From the sequence record PQ356294.1: a stretch of 64,000 nucleotides of DNA, one strand, 5' to 3'. The notes below the pieces were generated by a model. It saw only the letters and a list, made by a program, of their open reading frames with translations. It did not search any database and was not told where the DNA came from. A program made the position numbers and the translations under genes. How positions within the stretch are numbered: the first letter of the stretch is position 1; each line of letters starts with the position of its first letter. This stretch comes from Escherichia phage Ec_YwIITB1. Positions 26,119 through 36,142 of this stretch are shown piece after piece.

Positions 26119-27213
26119 ATGGCAATTGTTAAAGAAATAACTGCTGATTTAATTAAAAAGTCCGGTGAGAAAATTTCAGCCGGACAGAGTACTAAATCAG
26201 AAGTAGCAACTAAAACATACACTGCCCAGTTTCCAACTGGGCGTGCTAGTGGTAATGACACTACAGGGGACTTCCAGGTAACAGATCTATATAAGAATGG
26301 ATTATTATTTACTGCATACAATATGTCATCTAGGGATTCTGGAAGTCTTAGATCGATGAGATCTAACTACTCTTCTTCATCTTCGAGTATTTTAAGTACA
26401 GCTAGAAACACTATTAGTAGTACAGTATCAAAACTATCAAATGGATTAATATCAAATAACAATTCAGGAACAATAAGTAAAGCTCCTGTCGCAAACATTC
26501 TTTTACCAAGATCTAAATCTGACGTTGATACGTCATCACATAGATTTAATGATGTTCAAGAAAGTCTTATCAGCAGAGGCGGAGGTACTGCTACTGGCGT
26601 GTTAAGTAATATTGCTTCAACTGCAGTATTTGGGGCACTGGAAAGTATAACACAAGGTATAATGGCTGATAATAATGAACAGATTTATACGACAGCCAGA
26701 AGTATGTATGGCGGTGCTGAGAATAGAACTAAAGTGTTTACTTGGGATTTGACGCCACGTTCAACAGAAGATTTGATGGCTATTATCAATATCTATCAAT
26801 ATTTTAACTATTTTTCTTACGGTGAAACTGGCAAATCTCAATATGCTGCTGAAATAAAGGGGTATTTAGATGATTGGTATCGTTCTACATTAATTGAACC
26901 TTTATCTCCGGAAGACGCAGCTAAAAATAAAACACTATTTGAGAAAATGACATCGAGCTTAACTAACGTTCTAGTAGTTTCAAACCCGACAATTTGGATG
27001 GTGAAAAACTTTGGTGCAACATCTAAGTTTGATGGAAAAACGGAAATATTTGGTCCATGCCAAATTCAAAGTATTAGATTTGATAAAACACCTAATGGTA
27101 ATTTTAACGGATTAGCTATTGCTCCAAACCTCCCTAGTACATTTACTCTTGAGATTACTATGAGAGAAATTATCACGTTAAACCGTGCTTCTTTATATGC
27201 GGGGACTTTTTAA
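26119..27213 (+). CDS. 48: baseplate tail tube cap gp48
   Basis: 364-aa ORF; T4 homolog. Confidence 0.9.
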   Translation: MAIVKEITADLIKKSGEKISAGQSTKSEVATKTYTAQFPTGRASGNDTTGDFQVTDLYKNGLLFTAYNMSSRDSGSLRSMRSNYSSSSSSILSTARNTISSTVSKLSNGLISNNNSGTISKAPVANILLPRSKSDVDTSSHRFNDVQESLISRGGGTATGVLSNIASTAVFGALESITQGIMADNNEQIYTTARSMYGGAENRTKVFTWDLTPRSTEDLMAIINIYQYFNYFSYGETGKSQYAAEIKGYLDDWYRSTLIEPLSPEDAAKNKTLFEKMTSSLTNVLVVSNPTIWMVKNFGATSKFDGKTEIFGPCQIQSIRFDKTPNGNFNGLAIAPNLPSTFTLEITMREIITLNRASLYAGTF

Positions 27214-28178
27214 TGTATTCTTTAGAGGAATTTAACAATCAAGCAATAAACGCAGATTTTCAACGTAATAATATGTTTAGCTGCGTTTTTGCGACAACTC
27301 CATCAACTAAAAGCTCTTCGTTGATAAGTTCAATTAGCAACTTTTCTTATAATAATTTGGGTCTAAATTCAGATTGGTTAGGATTGTCTCAAGGCGATAT
27401 TAATCAGGGAATTACCACGCTAATTACTGCTGGCACACAAAAACTGATAAGAAAATCAGGGGTTAGTAAATATCTTATTGGTGCCATGAGTCAACGTACA
27501 GTTCAAAGTTTATTGGGCTCATTTACAGTTGGTACATATTTAATTGACTTCTTTAATATGGCATATAATTCGTCTGGGTTGATGATATACTCTGTAAAAA
27601 TGCCAGAGAATAGATTATCCTATGAAACTGACTGGAACTATAATTCTCCTAATATTCGTATAACTGGGAGAGAATTAGACCCTTTGGTTATTTCATTTAG
27701 AATGGATTCAGAGTCGTGTAATTATCGTGCGATGCAAGACTGGGTTAATGCCGTTCAAGACCCAGTAACTGGACTGCGTGCTTTGCCGCAAGATGTCGAG
27801 GCAGATATTCAGGTTAATCTTCATGCTCGTAATGGATTACCTCATACTGCGGTGATGTTCACCGGATGTATTCCAGTGTCAGTGAGCGCTCCTGAGTTAT
27901 CATATGATGGAGATAACCAAATAACTACATTTGATGTTACTTTTGCATACAGAGTCATGCAGGCTGGGTCTGTTGATAGACAAGCTGCGCTTGAGTGGCT
28001 TGAATCTGCTGCTATAAATGGCATTCAAAGCGTTCTCGGAAATAGTGGAGGCGTCACTGGATTATCTAATTCGCTTTCACGACTTAGTAGATTAGGGGGA
28101 ACTGCTGGAAGCATTTCAAACATTAATACTATGACGGGAATTGTCAACTCGCAAAGTAAAATATTAGGAGCAATATAA
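27213..28178 (+). CDS. 54: baseplate tail tube initiator gp54
   Basis: 321-aa ORF; T4 homolog. Confidence 0.9.
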   Translation: MYSLEEFNNQAINADFQRNNMFSCVFATTPSTKSSSLISSISNFSYNNLGLNSDWLGLSQGDINQGITTLITAGTQKLIRKSGVSKYLIGAMSQRTVQSLLGSFTVGTYLIDFFNMAYNSSGLMIYSVKMPENRLSYETDWNYNSPNIRITGRELDPLVISFRMDSESCNYRAMQDWVNAVQDPVTGLRALPQDVEADIQVNLHARNGLPHTAVMFTGCIPVSVSAPELSYDGDNQITTFDVTFAYRVMQAGSVDRQAALEWLESAAINGIQSVLGNSGGVTGLSNSLSRLSRLGGTAGSISNINTMTGIVNSQSKILGAI

Positions 28179-28182
28179 CAAT

Positions 28183-28204
28183 GGGGACCGGTCCCCATAT
28201 TTTT
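28183..28204 (+). terminator. intrinsic terminator after gene 54
   Basis: GGGGACCGGTCCCC followed by T-run. Confidence 0.55.
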
Positions 28205-28493
28205 ATTTACGGAATGATATAAAAGCAGCAACTGAAGCGACTAAACTGTCTTCAATATAAACTTCAATTTTTACCGGAGCTTCTGACTCAAATTTACCTG
28301 TTACTACACCTTGAAAAATGCTTTCAGTCTGTTCTGGCTTTGAAAAATTTTCAGAAGGAAAAATTCCGAACTTTTTATCTGTTCCAAAAATTTTGATAAA
28401 TTCATCATAAACTGCTTCATTGAAAGCGTTATCAGCAGGAATAACGCCTTCAACTACAAGTTCTTGACCTAAAAAGCGTAAAGAAGATTTCAT
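28203..28493 (-). CDS. hypothetical early protein downstream of alt
   Basis: 96-aa ORF with GAGG RBS and sigma70-like promoter upstream. Confidence 0.65.
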   Translation of the reverse strand: MKSSLRFLGQELVVEGVIPADNAFNEAVYDEFIKIFGTDKKFGIFPSENFSKPEQTESIFQGVVTGKFESEAPVKIEVYIEDSLVASVAAFISFRK

Positions 28494-28501
28494 TTTGTGT
28501 T

Positions 28502-28554
28502 CCTCATGTTATGTCAGTAAGACTATTATAACACAGCACGAGGGACTTGTAAAC
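28502..28554 (-). promoter_or_regulatory. sigma70-like early promoter plus leader and RBS (cassette copy A)
   Basis: Reverse strand TTTACA, 17-nt spacer, TATAAT, then GAGG and ATG 28493; 50 of 53 nt identical to 44191-44243. Confidence 0.55.
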
Positions 28555-30611
28555 TACATCTTGAACTTTTTAGACATTCCGTTGATGTTAACCAAAGAAG
28601 CCAAGATTTGAGAAACTTCGTTTTCCTCTTCTTTTGATTCTTCTACAAGGAATTGATTAAACCCAGCCATTGGACGAACTTCACCAGTTTCCATTAGATG
28701 ATCGCCATCATATACCGATTCTTCTAATTGTTCAGAAGGAGGAACGATTGTGCCTTCAATTAGATACTTGTTATAAGCAGTTTCTTTCATCATGTACGTG
28801 CTCACTTTATTAATCTTCAGCAAAATTCCACGTGGTAGAATAACTTCAGCTTCTGATGGAAATCCTGATAAATGACCTGGAACGATAACTTTGATTCGCT
28901 CAGCCCCTTTAATTACCATACCTACGCTAGCTTCAGCATCTTCATTAGCATATGCAGAATGACTACCCATATGCATTAAATCTTCAGCATCAACAGAACC
29001 TTCTCCTTCACCAGAAAATACTGCGCCGGAATCATCTAGAGCCATATAGTTTTTACCATGCTCACCGAAGATATTTGGTTTAAGCGATGTTGATACGAAG
29101 TTCTTGAAATAGAACATTTTATTTTCAATATTATGGCGTAAAGTTTTAAAAGTAACTTCTTGTCCACGATAAAGCGTAATTCCCGGAGGAAGAACTGAAC
29201 CTTTGGCAAAGGCAGAATCCAGCGTCTCGATGTGTTTAATAGCTCGTTCCATATATTCTTCACGGGTAGAATCTGGTTTACCCAAGAGGAACGAGTTCAT
29301 TTCAACATATGAATCTGCACAATAATCTTCAATTACAACAGACTCAGCCTGAGTTAATCCTTTTGGAGTTACTTCAGTGCTTGCGTATTCATATGCCTGA
29401 GCAGCAGATTCATTAATCAATTTATAAATGCCATTCATGACAAATTGAATAATAGCTACCTTTTCGTCTGGCGTAGCTTTAGAACCTTTAACTAAATCAT
29501 TGATAATTTTCTTAATAACATCAAAGCTATTAGAAATATTAATGTCAGCGAGATCGCTCAAAATTTTATCGGTTTTATAATCAAAAAATTCTTTATTCTT
29601 TAAATATTCTTGAGAACCTTGATATGTTATATCGCTCTGCAGTCTGATAGACGGATCGCGTAAACGTGCATGGGCCAATGCAATATGATTTCGGAGGCTT
29701 TCTAGTTCATAATCGTTAGATTTAAAACGAGAAGCACTTCTCATACCACCGATAGCTCCTTTGCTGAAGTTGGAACCAATCTGAATAACGCCAGAGTTCA
29801 TTGGTCCTTCTGCTTTATATACCGGAACTTTAGATTCAAACTCTTGATATTTCTTGGCGGCGAAGCTATCGCCCTGAAGTGAAGCATCGACAGTAGAATA
29901 TTGAGCTTGCGCTGCCAATCGACGACTAATTTTAGTTTTCTGAATAACAGCTTGATCCGTGCGCTTATCATTTTCTAAAGCAATAGAAGCAGCAACAGCA
30001 ACAGCTTTAGGAACAGCATTACCTGTTTTAACATCTACATAAACATCACCAACCTTTGATTCAACTTTTGTGAATAACTCAGTTGAAATAGGAGGTACAC
30101 CTGGAATGTCTTCTAAATTGGCATTTTTACGGTAAACCATAATATATGCATACTTTTTATCATAATCCCAGATTTCCTTTAAAAGAACATATCGACCTGC
30201 TCCTTTAGTACGTACTAAACGGTCAGCAATAACTTGCATCTGACGAGCTGCGCCATTTGTTTTACTTTTTAGTACGCGGAATAGGCATGCATCAATTTTA
30301 TACTGTTTCATTGTTTGAAGAGCAGTATCAAAAACCGCATTAATGACACCAATTGGATTTCCACCCAAGTTTTTAAGTTTAACTAATGATAGTTTCTCAT
30401 TAACACCTATCATTACGATATGCATCATTTTATCGCCTGGCTTAACGTTTTTATTTGTATCACCGCCAGAGGTGTATGTACAAAATCTAAATCCAGGAAG
30501 CACACTTTCTTCGCCGGCTTGAATAGCAAAAATTTGAGGTATTTTATGCTTAGGATTTAAGTTAACAACCGGCGCCGAAGCGCCGTCAAATAATTCTGTA
30601 ATAAGTTCCAT
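28554..30611 (-). CDS. Alt-like ADP-ribosyltransferase, second paralog
   Basis: 685-aa ORF; N-terminal ~230 aa closely similar to the adjacent Alt; ART-like motifs YRGQ, FVSTSL, EAEVILPRG. Confidence 0.8.
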   Translation of the reverse strand: MELITELFDGASAPVVNLNPKHKIPQIFAIQAGEESVLPGFRFCTYTSGGDTNKNVKPGDKMMHIVMIGVNEKLSLVKLKNLGGNPIGVINAVFDTALQTMKQYKIDACLFRVLKSKTNGAARQMQVIADRLVRTKGAGRYVLLKEIWDYDKKYAYIMVYRKNANLEDIPGVPPISTELFTKVESKVGDVYVDVKTGNAVPKAVAVAASIALENDKRTDQAVIQKTKISRRLAAQAQYSTVDASLQGDSFAAKKYQEFESKVPVYKAEGPMNSGVIQIGSNFSKGAIGGMRSASRFKSNDYELESLRNHIALAHARLRDPSIRLQSDITYQGSQEYLKNKEFFDYKTDKILSDLADINISNSFDVIKKIINDLVKGSKATPDEKVAIIQFVMNGIYKLINESAAQAYEYASTEVTPKGLTQAESVVIEDYCADSYVEMNSFLLGKPDSTREEYMERAIKHIETLDSAFAKGSVLPPGITLYRGQEVTFKTLRHNIENKMFYFKNFVSTSLKPNIFGEHGKNYMALDDSGAVFSGEGEGSVDAEDLMHMGSHSAYANEDAEASVGMVIKGAERIKVIVPGHLSGFPSEAEVILPRGILLKINKVSTYMMKETAYNKYLIEGTIVPPSEQLEESVYDGDHLMETGEVRPMAGFNQFLVEESKEEENEVSQILASLVNINGMSKKFKM

Positions 30612-30614
30612 GAT

Positions 30615-32669
30615 TTATCCTTGAACGAACTTGTAAGGCATGTTTGTAATATCTATGCAAGACGCAATAATTCCAAGAGATGATTCTACTTTTTGTTTAA
30701 CATTTGATGAAACAAATGATGCAAAGTCAACTCTGTCTTCTATTTCAATATCATCTGTCATTGCAACTACTTCACCAGTTTCCATTAGACGATCACCGTC
30801 ATAAATTACTGATTCGGTGAGTTCTTCGGTAGTCATAACTTCAGCTTGAATAAGCTTGTTGTTAGTTTTAGCTGTTCCATCATTGTAAGATGCGTCGGTT
30901 ATTTTATTGACTTTGACCATCAATCCACGCGGCAAAATGACTTCCATTTCATTTGAAGGCGCTAAACTTCCACCTGGTAAAACAACGTTGACTTTATCAG
31001 CCCCAGTAATAACCCATCCAATTCCAACTAAATTATCGCTAGAATTAACAAGTCCTTCATCGTTTTTATCGATAGAAATGTTTAGACGCTTTTCGTCTGG
31101 TAAAACACCCACAGCTGAATCAGTCATCCAAGTACCAAAAATGTTTGGATATAATGATGTTGATACAAAATTTCTAAAATAAAAAACTCGATTTTTTACC
31201 AATGCTTCATATATTGAAGGAGCAGTCATGCTTTGAGCACGATAAACTGTAATGCCTTCTGGTATACGGTCACCATTTTCAAAGGCTGAATCTAAATTAT
31301 TTATCGCAGATTCAATTTCTTTTTCACTCATTACCTCATATCGTTCTGGATTATATAATCCCAAAAGAGCATTATTCATGTCTACATATCCTGAACCTAC
31401 GTATTCACGAATTCCGCGTTTTTGTGCCGGTGTGTATTTAGATGAATCTTTATTTTCGACTATAGAATGCAATGACCATCCAACGGTAAGAGCATATCCA
31501 CGTAATTCTCTTCGAATAATCTTTGTTTTTATTGCATTCCAAGAATTTTGCACTAACTCATTCGCAGCATCTTGATTTAAATGCGAATGCTTGTTAATAT
31601 TTCTTTCTAACCAAGCACCTTTATATTTTTCTAAAGTATCATCAACTATAGAAGCAATAGTTTCTAAAGTTTTTATTGAAGTAATAGATTCTTTTCGTAA
31701 TCTTTCTAAAGCTTTATTTTTTATTTCTGCATTAACATCAGATTCTTTATCTTCAGGAATTATAGAAGCTTCTCTGAATGCCATTCCAGCTGTAACACTA
31801 TTAAGAGCATTCTCTAATGCAAATCCTGAAGTAGAAATAACAGTTAATTCGTTAGCATCAGAAATTAAAGGCGCGTCAGCGGGTTTATTTAATTCTGCTG
31901 CTGAAGCCTCAAATTTTTGAAACATTGGTGTTTCAAATCTAGAAGATTCTAATGATTGACTTTGTGCAATTGCTCTACGGGAAATTTTAACTTTAACGAT
32001 TACAGCTTGGTCAGAACGTTTATCGTTTTCTTGCGCAATAGATGCAGCAATGGCCTCATTTTTAGTTACTTGAGCTCCGGTATCTTTATTGATATAAACA
32101 TCGCCGACTTTCGATTCAACTTTAGTAAAGAGCTCTGTACTAATTTCAGGAACTCCTGGAATGTCTTCTAATGATACATTTTTGCGATGTATAAGAATAT
32201 ATGCATACTTTTTATCGTAATCCCAGAGTTCCTTAAGAAGGACGTATCTGCCACCTGAACGACTACGGATAAGTCTATCAGCAATAAGTTGAATTTGACG
32301 AGCTTGACCAGCAGTTTTAGACTTAAGAATACGGAGCATGCAGGCATCAATTTTATACTGACGCATCGTTTGCATTGCAACAGTAAAAACTGAATTGATA
32401 TAATTAATTGGGCTTGGACCGAGACCTTTTAATTTAGCGATTGAACCTTTAGCAGTTAATGTAAAAGGAACAATATGCATCATTTTATCGCCCATCTTTA
32501 AATCGCGATTAGTATCACCTCCAGATGTGTAGGTACATAAACGAAAACCTGGTTGTTCAATTGCGTCATCAACATGAACTGAAAAAATTTGCGGTATTTT
32601 CTTCTTTGGATTTAAGTTTGTAATCGGAAGAGTAGTATCTTCGTCAAATAATTCTGTAATGAGTTCCAT
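30615..32669 (-). CDS. alt: Alt ADP-ribosyltransferase (virion-packaged)
   Basis: ORF open from 32672 (MMELITE); second ATG 32669 better spaced from GAGGA; motifs YRAQ, FVSTSL, EMEVILPRG; late promoter upstream. Confidence 0.85.
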   Translation of the reverse strand: MELITELFDEDTTLPITNLNPKKKIPQIFSVHVDDAIEQPGFRLCTYTSGGDTNRDLKMGDKMMHIVPFTLTAKGSIAKLKGLGPSPINYINSVFTVAMQTMRQYKIDACMLRILKSKTAGQARQIQLIADRLIRSRSGGRYVLLKELWDYDKKYAYILIHRKNVSLEDIPGVPEISTELFTKVESKVGDVYINKDTGAQVTKNEAIAASIAQENDKRSDQAVIVKVKISRRAIAQSQSLESSRFETPMFQKFEASAAELNKPADAPLISDANELTVISTSGFALENALNSVTAGMAFREASIIPEDKESDVNAEIKNKALERLRKESITSIKTLETIASIVDDTLEKYKGAWLERNINKHSHLNQDAANELVQNSWNAIKTKIIRRELRGYALTVGWSLHSIVENKDSSKYTPAQKRGIREYVGSGYVDMNNALLGLYNPERYEVMSEKEIESAINNLDSAFENGDRIPEGITVYRAQSMTAPSIYEALVKNRVFYFRNFVSTSLYPNIFGTWMTDSAVGVLPDEKRLNISIDKNDEGLVNSSDNLVGIGWVITGADKVNVVLPGGSLAPSNEMEVILPRGLMVKVNKITDASYNDGTAKTNNKLIQAEVMTTEELTESVIYDGDRLMETGEVVAMTDDIEIEDRVDFASFVSSNVKQKVESSLGIIASCIDITNMPYKFVQG

Positions 32670-32692
32670 CATATCCTCTCTAGTGTTTATTC

Positions 32693-32700
32693 TATTTATA
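32693..32700 (-). promoter_or_regulatory. late promoter for alt
   Basis: TATAAATA on reverse strand about 21 nt before the alt start. Confidence 0.55.
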
Positions 32701-32705
32701 AAATT

Positions 32706-32723
32706 AAAGGCCCGAAGGCCTTT
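32706..32723 (-). terminator. hairpin upstream of alt
   Basis: AAAGGCCCGAAGGCCTTT. Confidence 0.35.
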
Positions 32724-32910
32724 AATAATCTATTGGTAAGAGAGTACGATATATTTCAAACTTTGGACCTTTTTCATAGGTATCAAATGTTTCTGTGAAT
32801 TTATTATAAGCATATGCATCTATAAATTCAATCATAATTTGTGATACAGAAGTAGAAACATCTCCACCTTCTTTTTGAGCCACGACAATTGTTTCTAAAT
32901 AAGCTTTCAT
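32722..32910 (-). CDS. hypothetical protein
   Basis: 62-aa ORF overlapping ligase stop. Confidence 0.55.
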   Translation of the reverse strand: MKAYLETIVVAQKEGGDVSTSVSQIMIEFIDAYAYNKFTETFDTYEKGPKFEIYRTLLPIDY

Positions 32911-34370
32911 AGACCAGTTACCTCATGAAAATCACCAAATACATCCTCGAATGTATTAGCTTTAGTTTTATCTTCACGCAAACGAATCGCAATCGGAAGA
33001 AATAATTTAACGTAATCAGTGCGGCCATCAGATTTTAACCAACCATTGCATTCACACTCTAGAATTTTTCCAATATAATAATTTTGGTTTTCCATAATGC
33101 GAGTACGGTCAAGTTCATGTGATTTTACACCGGCTTTATCTTTTAAGCCTGAACCAGCATTTACTTTAATTTTTCCACACTCTGATTCAAGAATAAATCC
33201 ACCTGCTTTAGTAGGGTCTTTACGGTGAGGATAAATTCCTACAATTTTTAAATCAACATCAATTACTTCTTTAAATTTATAAAGATTTTTTGAACGAGCA
33301 TTTTCCCACAATCCATCGGTATTTTTGAGAATAATACCTTCAAGACCTTGGTCAATATATTTTTTATAAATTACCTTAGCTTCATCTAGATTATTTACTA
33401 CTTGGTTTTCAATTAAAATTACTTTATCATATCCTGATGTCATTTGTTCTAGTTTAGAAAAACGTACATCATATTTTAAACGAAATGCTGGAAGACCGTA
33501 TATTTCTACCAACGGGACATAATCCCAGACCTGAAACTTCATGCATTGAGCTTCTTTTTCTGAAATAGTTCCTTTTAAGGATTTATTGGCGATTCCATTA
33601 GAAGTAGTACGCGATTCCGCTACTTCGGAGAATTCTTTAGCTTTACTAATTTCAGGATAAGCATCAAAAAGAAAATCTAGGCCTTCTGGTTCCTTTTTAA
33701 CCTGCTCATGGTATACCAATTCACCGTCAATTAACACACCTTCTGGATGAATCTGGCGAGCTTCAGCAGTCATTTTGATTAACTCTTCCTTAAGAAGATC
33801 TAATCCTAGATATTCATTACCAGCTCGTGATAAAAGACGAACATCATCTAATTCATCACCTCTGACTTCAGCAAAACATCGAGCTCCATCTGCTTTTAAC
33901 TGCGCAAAAGCTGGAAACTTAATATTCTTACTAATGCCTTTTTCATCATAAGAACTTGCCAGCATTTGAGGTTGTTCGGGAATTAAACCTGGCCAAACTT
34001 TATTTGCAATAGATACCGAAGCACCACATTCAAGGTCTCGCATCATAACTCGACGCAAAACTTCAACATCATCCTTTTTACCGTCAGTAATATAACCTAC
34101 TAATTCCTCAATTGCTGCATTTCCAGTCAATTTCCGAGTAGCTAACGTGAATTCAATGAAGTCAAGCATATCGGTAATAGTCAGCATCCCAAAACTCTGG
34201 GTAGAAATACCAGGTTTAGGCCATTTCTTGATATAATACTGTAACCCACGAGAATAAGTCAGACGATATACTCTTTTAAGCAATTCATTATCTTTATTCT
34301 TTTCAAGAATTGCTTGCTTCTGCTTAGTTGATCCAATAGATGCTATTTCATTCAGAATTTTAAGAATCAT
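32907..34370 (-). CDS. 30: ATP-dependent DNA ligase gp30
   Basis: 487-aa ORF; adenylation motif LKADG. Confidence 0.95.
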   Translation of the reverse strand: MILKILNEIASIGSTKQKQAILEKNKDNELLKRVYRLTYSRGLQYYIKKWPKPGISTQSFGMLTITDMLDFIEFTLATRKLTGNAAIEELVGYITDGKKDDVEVLRRVMMRDLECGASVSIANKVWPGLIPEQPQMLASSYDEKGISKNIKFPAFAQLKADGARCFAEVRGDELDDVRLLSRAGNEYLGLDLLKEELIKMTAEARQIHPEGVLIDGELVYHEQVKKEPEGLDFLFDAYPEISKAKEFSEVAESRTTSNGIANKSLKGTISEKEAQCMKFQVWDYVPLVEIYGLPAFRLKYDVRFSKLEQMTSGYDKVILIENQVVNNLDEAKVIYKKYIDQGLEGIILKNTDGLWENARSKNLYKFKEVIDVDLKIVGIYPHRKDPTKAGGFILESECGKIKVNAGSGLKDKAGVKSHELDRTRIMENQNYYIGKILECECNGWLKSDGRTDYVKLFLPIAIRLREDKTKANTFEDVFGDFHEVTGL

Positions 34371-34636
34371 TGCTCATCCTTCAAGGTTTGGTTTACAGCT
34401 CTATTATAAATCAATTCATCATTAAGCTCAGTTAAAGACCTATGATATGTAGTTCTAACTTTATTTCCTTGCATCCAGTGCTTAATATAAATGAAACCTT
34501 GCTCTACACATTTTTTAAAAATTCGTTCGTCTTTTTGAGCTCTGAATTCTGGATTACATCTAAAGAATTGATTTACGTGACCGTAATCACGTGTAGTATT
34601 ACCTTCATTTTCATAAATAGTGTGAACGACAAACAT
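34367..34636 (-). CDS. hypothetical protein (30.1 position)
   Basis: 89-aa ORF, overlapping stop/start. Confidence 0.65.
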   Translation of the reverse strand: MFVVHTIYENEGNTTRDYGHVNQFFRCNPEFRAQKDERIFKKCVEQGFIYIKHWMQGNKVRTTYHRSLTELNDELIYNRAVNQTLKDEQ

Positions 34637-35475
34637 TAGAATGCTCCTTGGAAAATATTATCACCGCTAGTAGGTCTATTATACAAATACTCTATGCCAC
34701 CAGGTTTAATATAGTTCCATGTCTGAAACGGATGTGTCTGATATGGATGATATAGATGATTATAAGGATTAAATCCAGGCGTTCTCCAGGTAGTGTTCCA
34801 ACGAAAAGAATCGTTTTTAACCATCTTCTCAATTAAATCTTTTATAGCTTTTTCACTATCAAAACTTTCTTTATTTTCCTTCGGCGAAAAAAGCTTATTT
34901 TCTACATCATTCCATGTATAAACTCGCTGCGCAGTTTTTGGAATATTGTCACGCTCTCCTCGCGCCATCCAATAAACAGGAACATTTAATATTTCACTCG
35001 CATGATCGCAGTGGTGAGCGAGATCGTCAATATAACAAATTACGTTATATTTCTCTTTTGCCTTTTTAAACAACTCTTCTTTTGAAGAATCATGACCACA
35101 CATCATTACTTCTGAGAAGGCACCAGGAAAAAGAGCATTCAAATTAAATTGACGATTCAACAGAGCGTCAATAGAATCACCCAATGCTGTGACAGCTACA
35201 AAATTATAATCTTCTTTTAATTTGTTAATTACACACAGTGCATCTTTATATGGAGACAAGTAACGAATAAAATCTGATCGATTATATTTTTCAATTAACT
35301 TGACACCAAGTTCTTCATCGCATTTAAATAGTTTACCTGGAGAAATAAATTTCTCATCTTGGATCATTTTTAAAATATGTTCTAACGGAAGATTATATTT
35401 CTGAGCAAAATAAGGAAGACCTGATTGCCAGCTTAAACATACTCCATCAATATCAGTTAAAATAGTAGGCTTCAT
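34636..35475 (-). CDS. HAD-like phosphatase family protein (30.2 position)
   Basis: 279-aa ORF; N-terminal DIDGV motif. Confidence 0.65.
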   Translation of the reverse strand: MKPTILTDIDGVCLSWQSGLPYFAQKYNLPLEHILKMIQDEKFISPGKLFKCDEELGVKLIEKYNRSDFIRYLSPYKDALCVINKLKEDYNFVAVTALGDSIDALLNRQFNLNALFPGAFSEVMMCGHDSSKEELFKKAKEKYNVICYIDDLAHHCDHASEILNVPVYWMARGERDNIPKTAQRVYTWNDVENKLFSPKENKESFDSEKAIKDLIEKMVKNDSFRWNTTWRTPGFNPYNHLYHPYQTHPFQTWNYIKPGGIEYLYNRPTSGDNIFQGAF

Positions 35476-35930
35476 AGAGAGTCTCTTAATAGGTTTAACA
35501 CATCAATAAATTCAGCTTCGGTTAGTATTGTATCATCTTTTGTTAGACCACTAGCCATGCTGTGCTTCAAAACTTTTCCTTTCGAGGCTTGTAATGCATC
35601 ACGAAAGCCCCTGTTTTGGAACGCTGCTTCAAAATATGCATTTGTGTATAATTCTTTCCACGCTGGAGAGTATCTTGAAAACGGAACTCCAAGCCAGAAG
35701 AGGGTCCCACGGTCCTGAGCTCTAGCATAAGACCTTCCAGCTTGTTGGGCTGCAAGCCCGGATAACCCAAATATACGTCTTTGCTGTTCAACATTTTTCA
35801 CCTTACATCCTTGGAGGAATCCTTCGAGACCTCCAAATTGAATGTCATCCATAACGAAAGGCCATTGGGCGAAATTACTTAATGCACATGATGGCCATTT
35901 AAAATTGCTTCTAATCTCTAACTCAGACAT
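35472..35930 (-). CDS. NADAR / YbiA-like (DUF1768) protein (30.3 position)
   Basis: 152-aa ORF; SNFAQWP motif resembling the E. coli YbiA signature. Confidence 0.65.
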   Translation of the reverse strand: MSELEIRSNFKWPSCALSNFAQWPFVMDDIQFGGLEGFLQGCKVKNVEQQRRIFGLSGLAAQQAGRSYARAQDRGTLFWLGVPFSRYSPAWKELYTNAYFEAAFQNRGFRDALQASKGKVLKHSMASGLTKDDTILTEAEFIDVLNLLRDSL

Positions 35931-36138
35931 CTTTAATACTTATAATTTCAATATCAGCCCAATGACCGTAACTTGGTAAACGGTCTTCAATAGATAATCC
36001 GCCATCATATTTAAGCATTTTAATTGTCATAATATATGGCTCTAAATGGTCTTCAGTGAGCGGAGAGACATCAGTCACACGATAAGTAACTTCGACCATT
36101 TCCGTGCCCAGTAATTTCTTGATTAATTTCTTAAACAT
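35923..36138 (-). CDS. hypothetical protein
   Basis: 71-aa ORF. Confidence 0.55.
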   Translation of the reverse strand: MFKKLIKKLLGTEMVEVTYRVTDVSPLTEDHLEPYIMTIKMLKYDGGLSIEDRLPSYGHWADIEIISIKDV

Positions 36139-36142
36139 TTTA

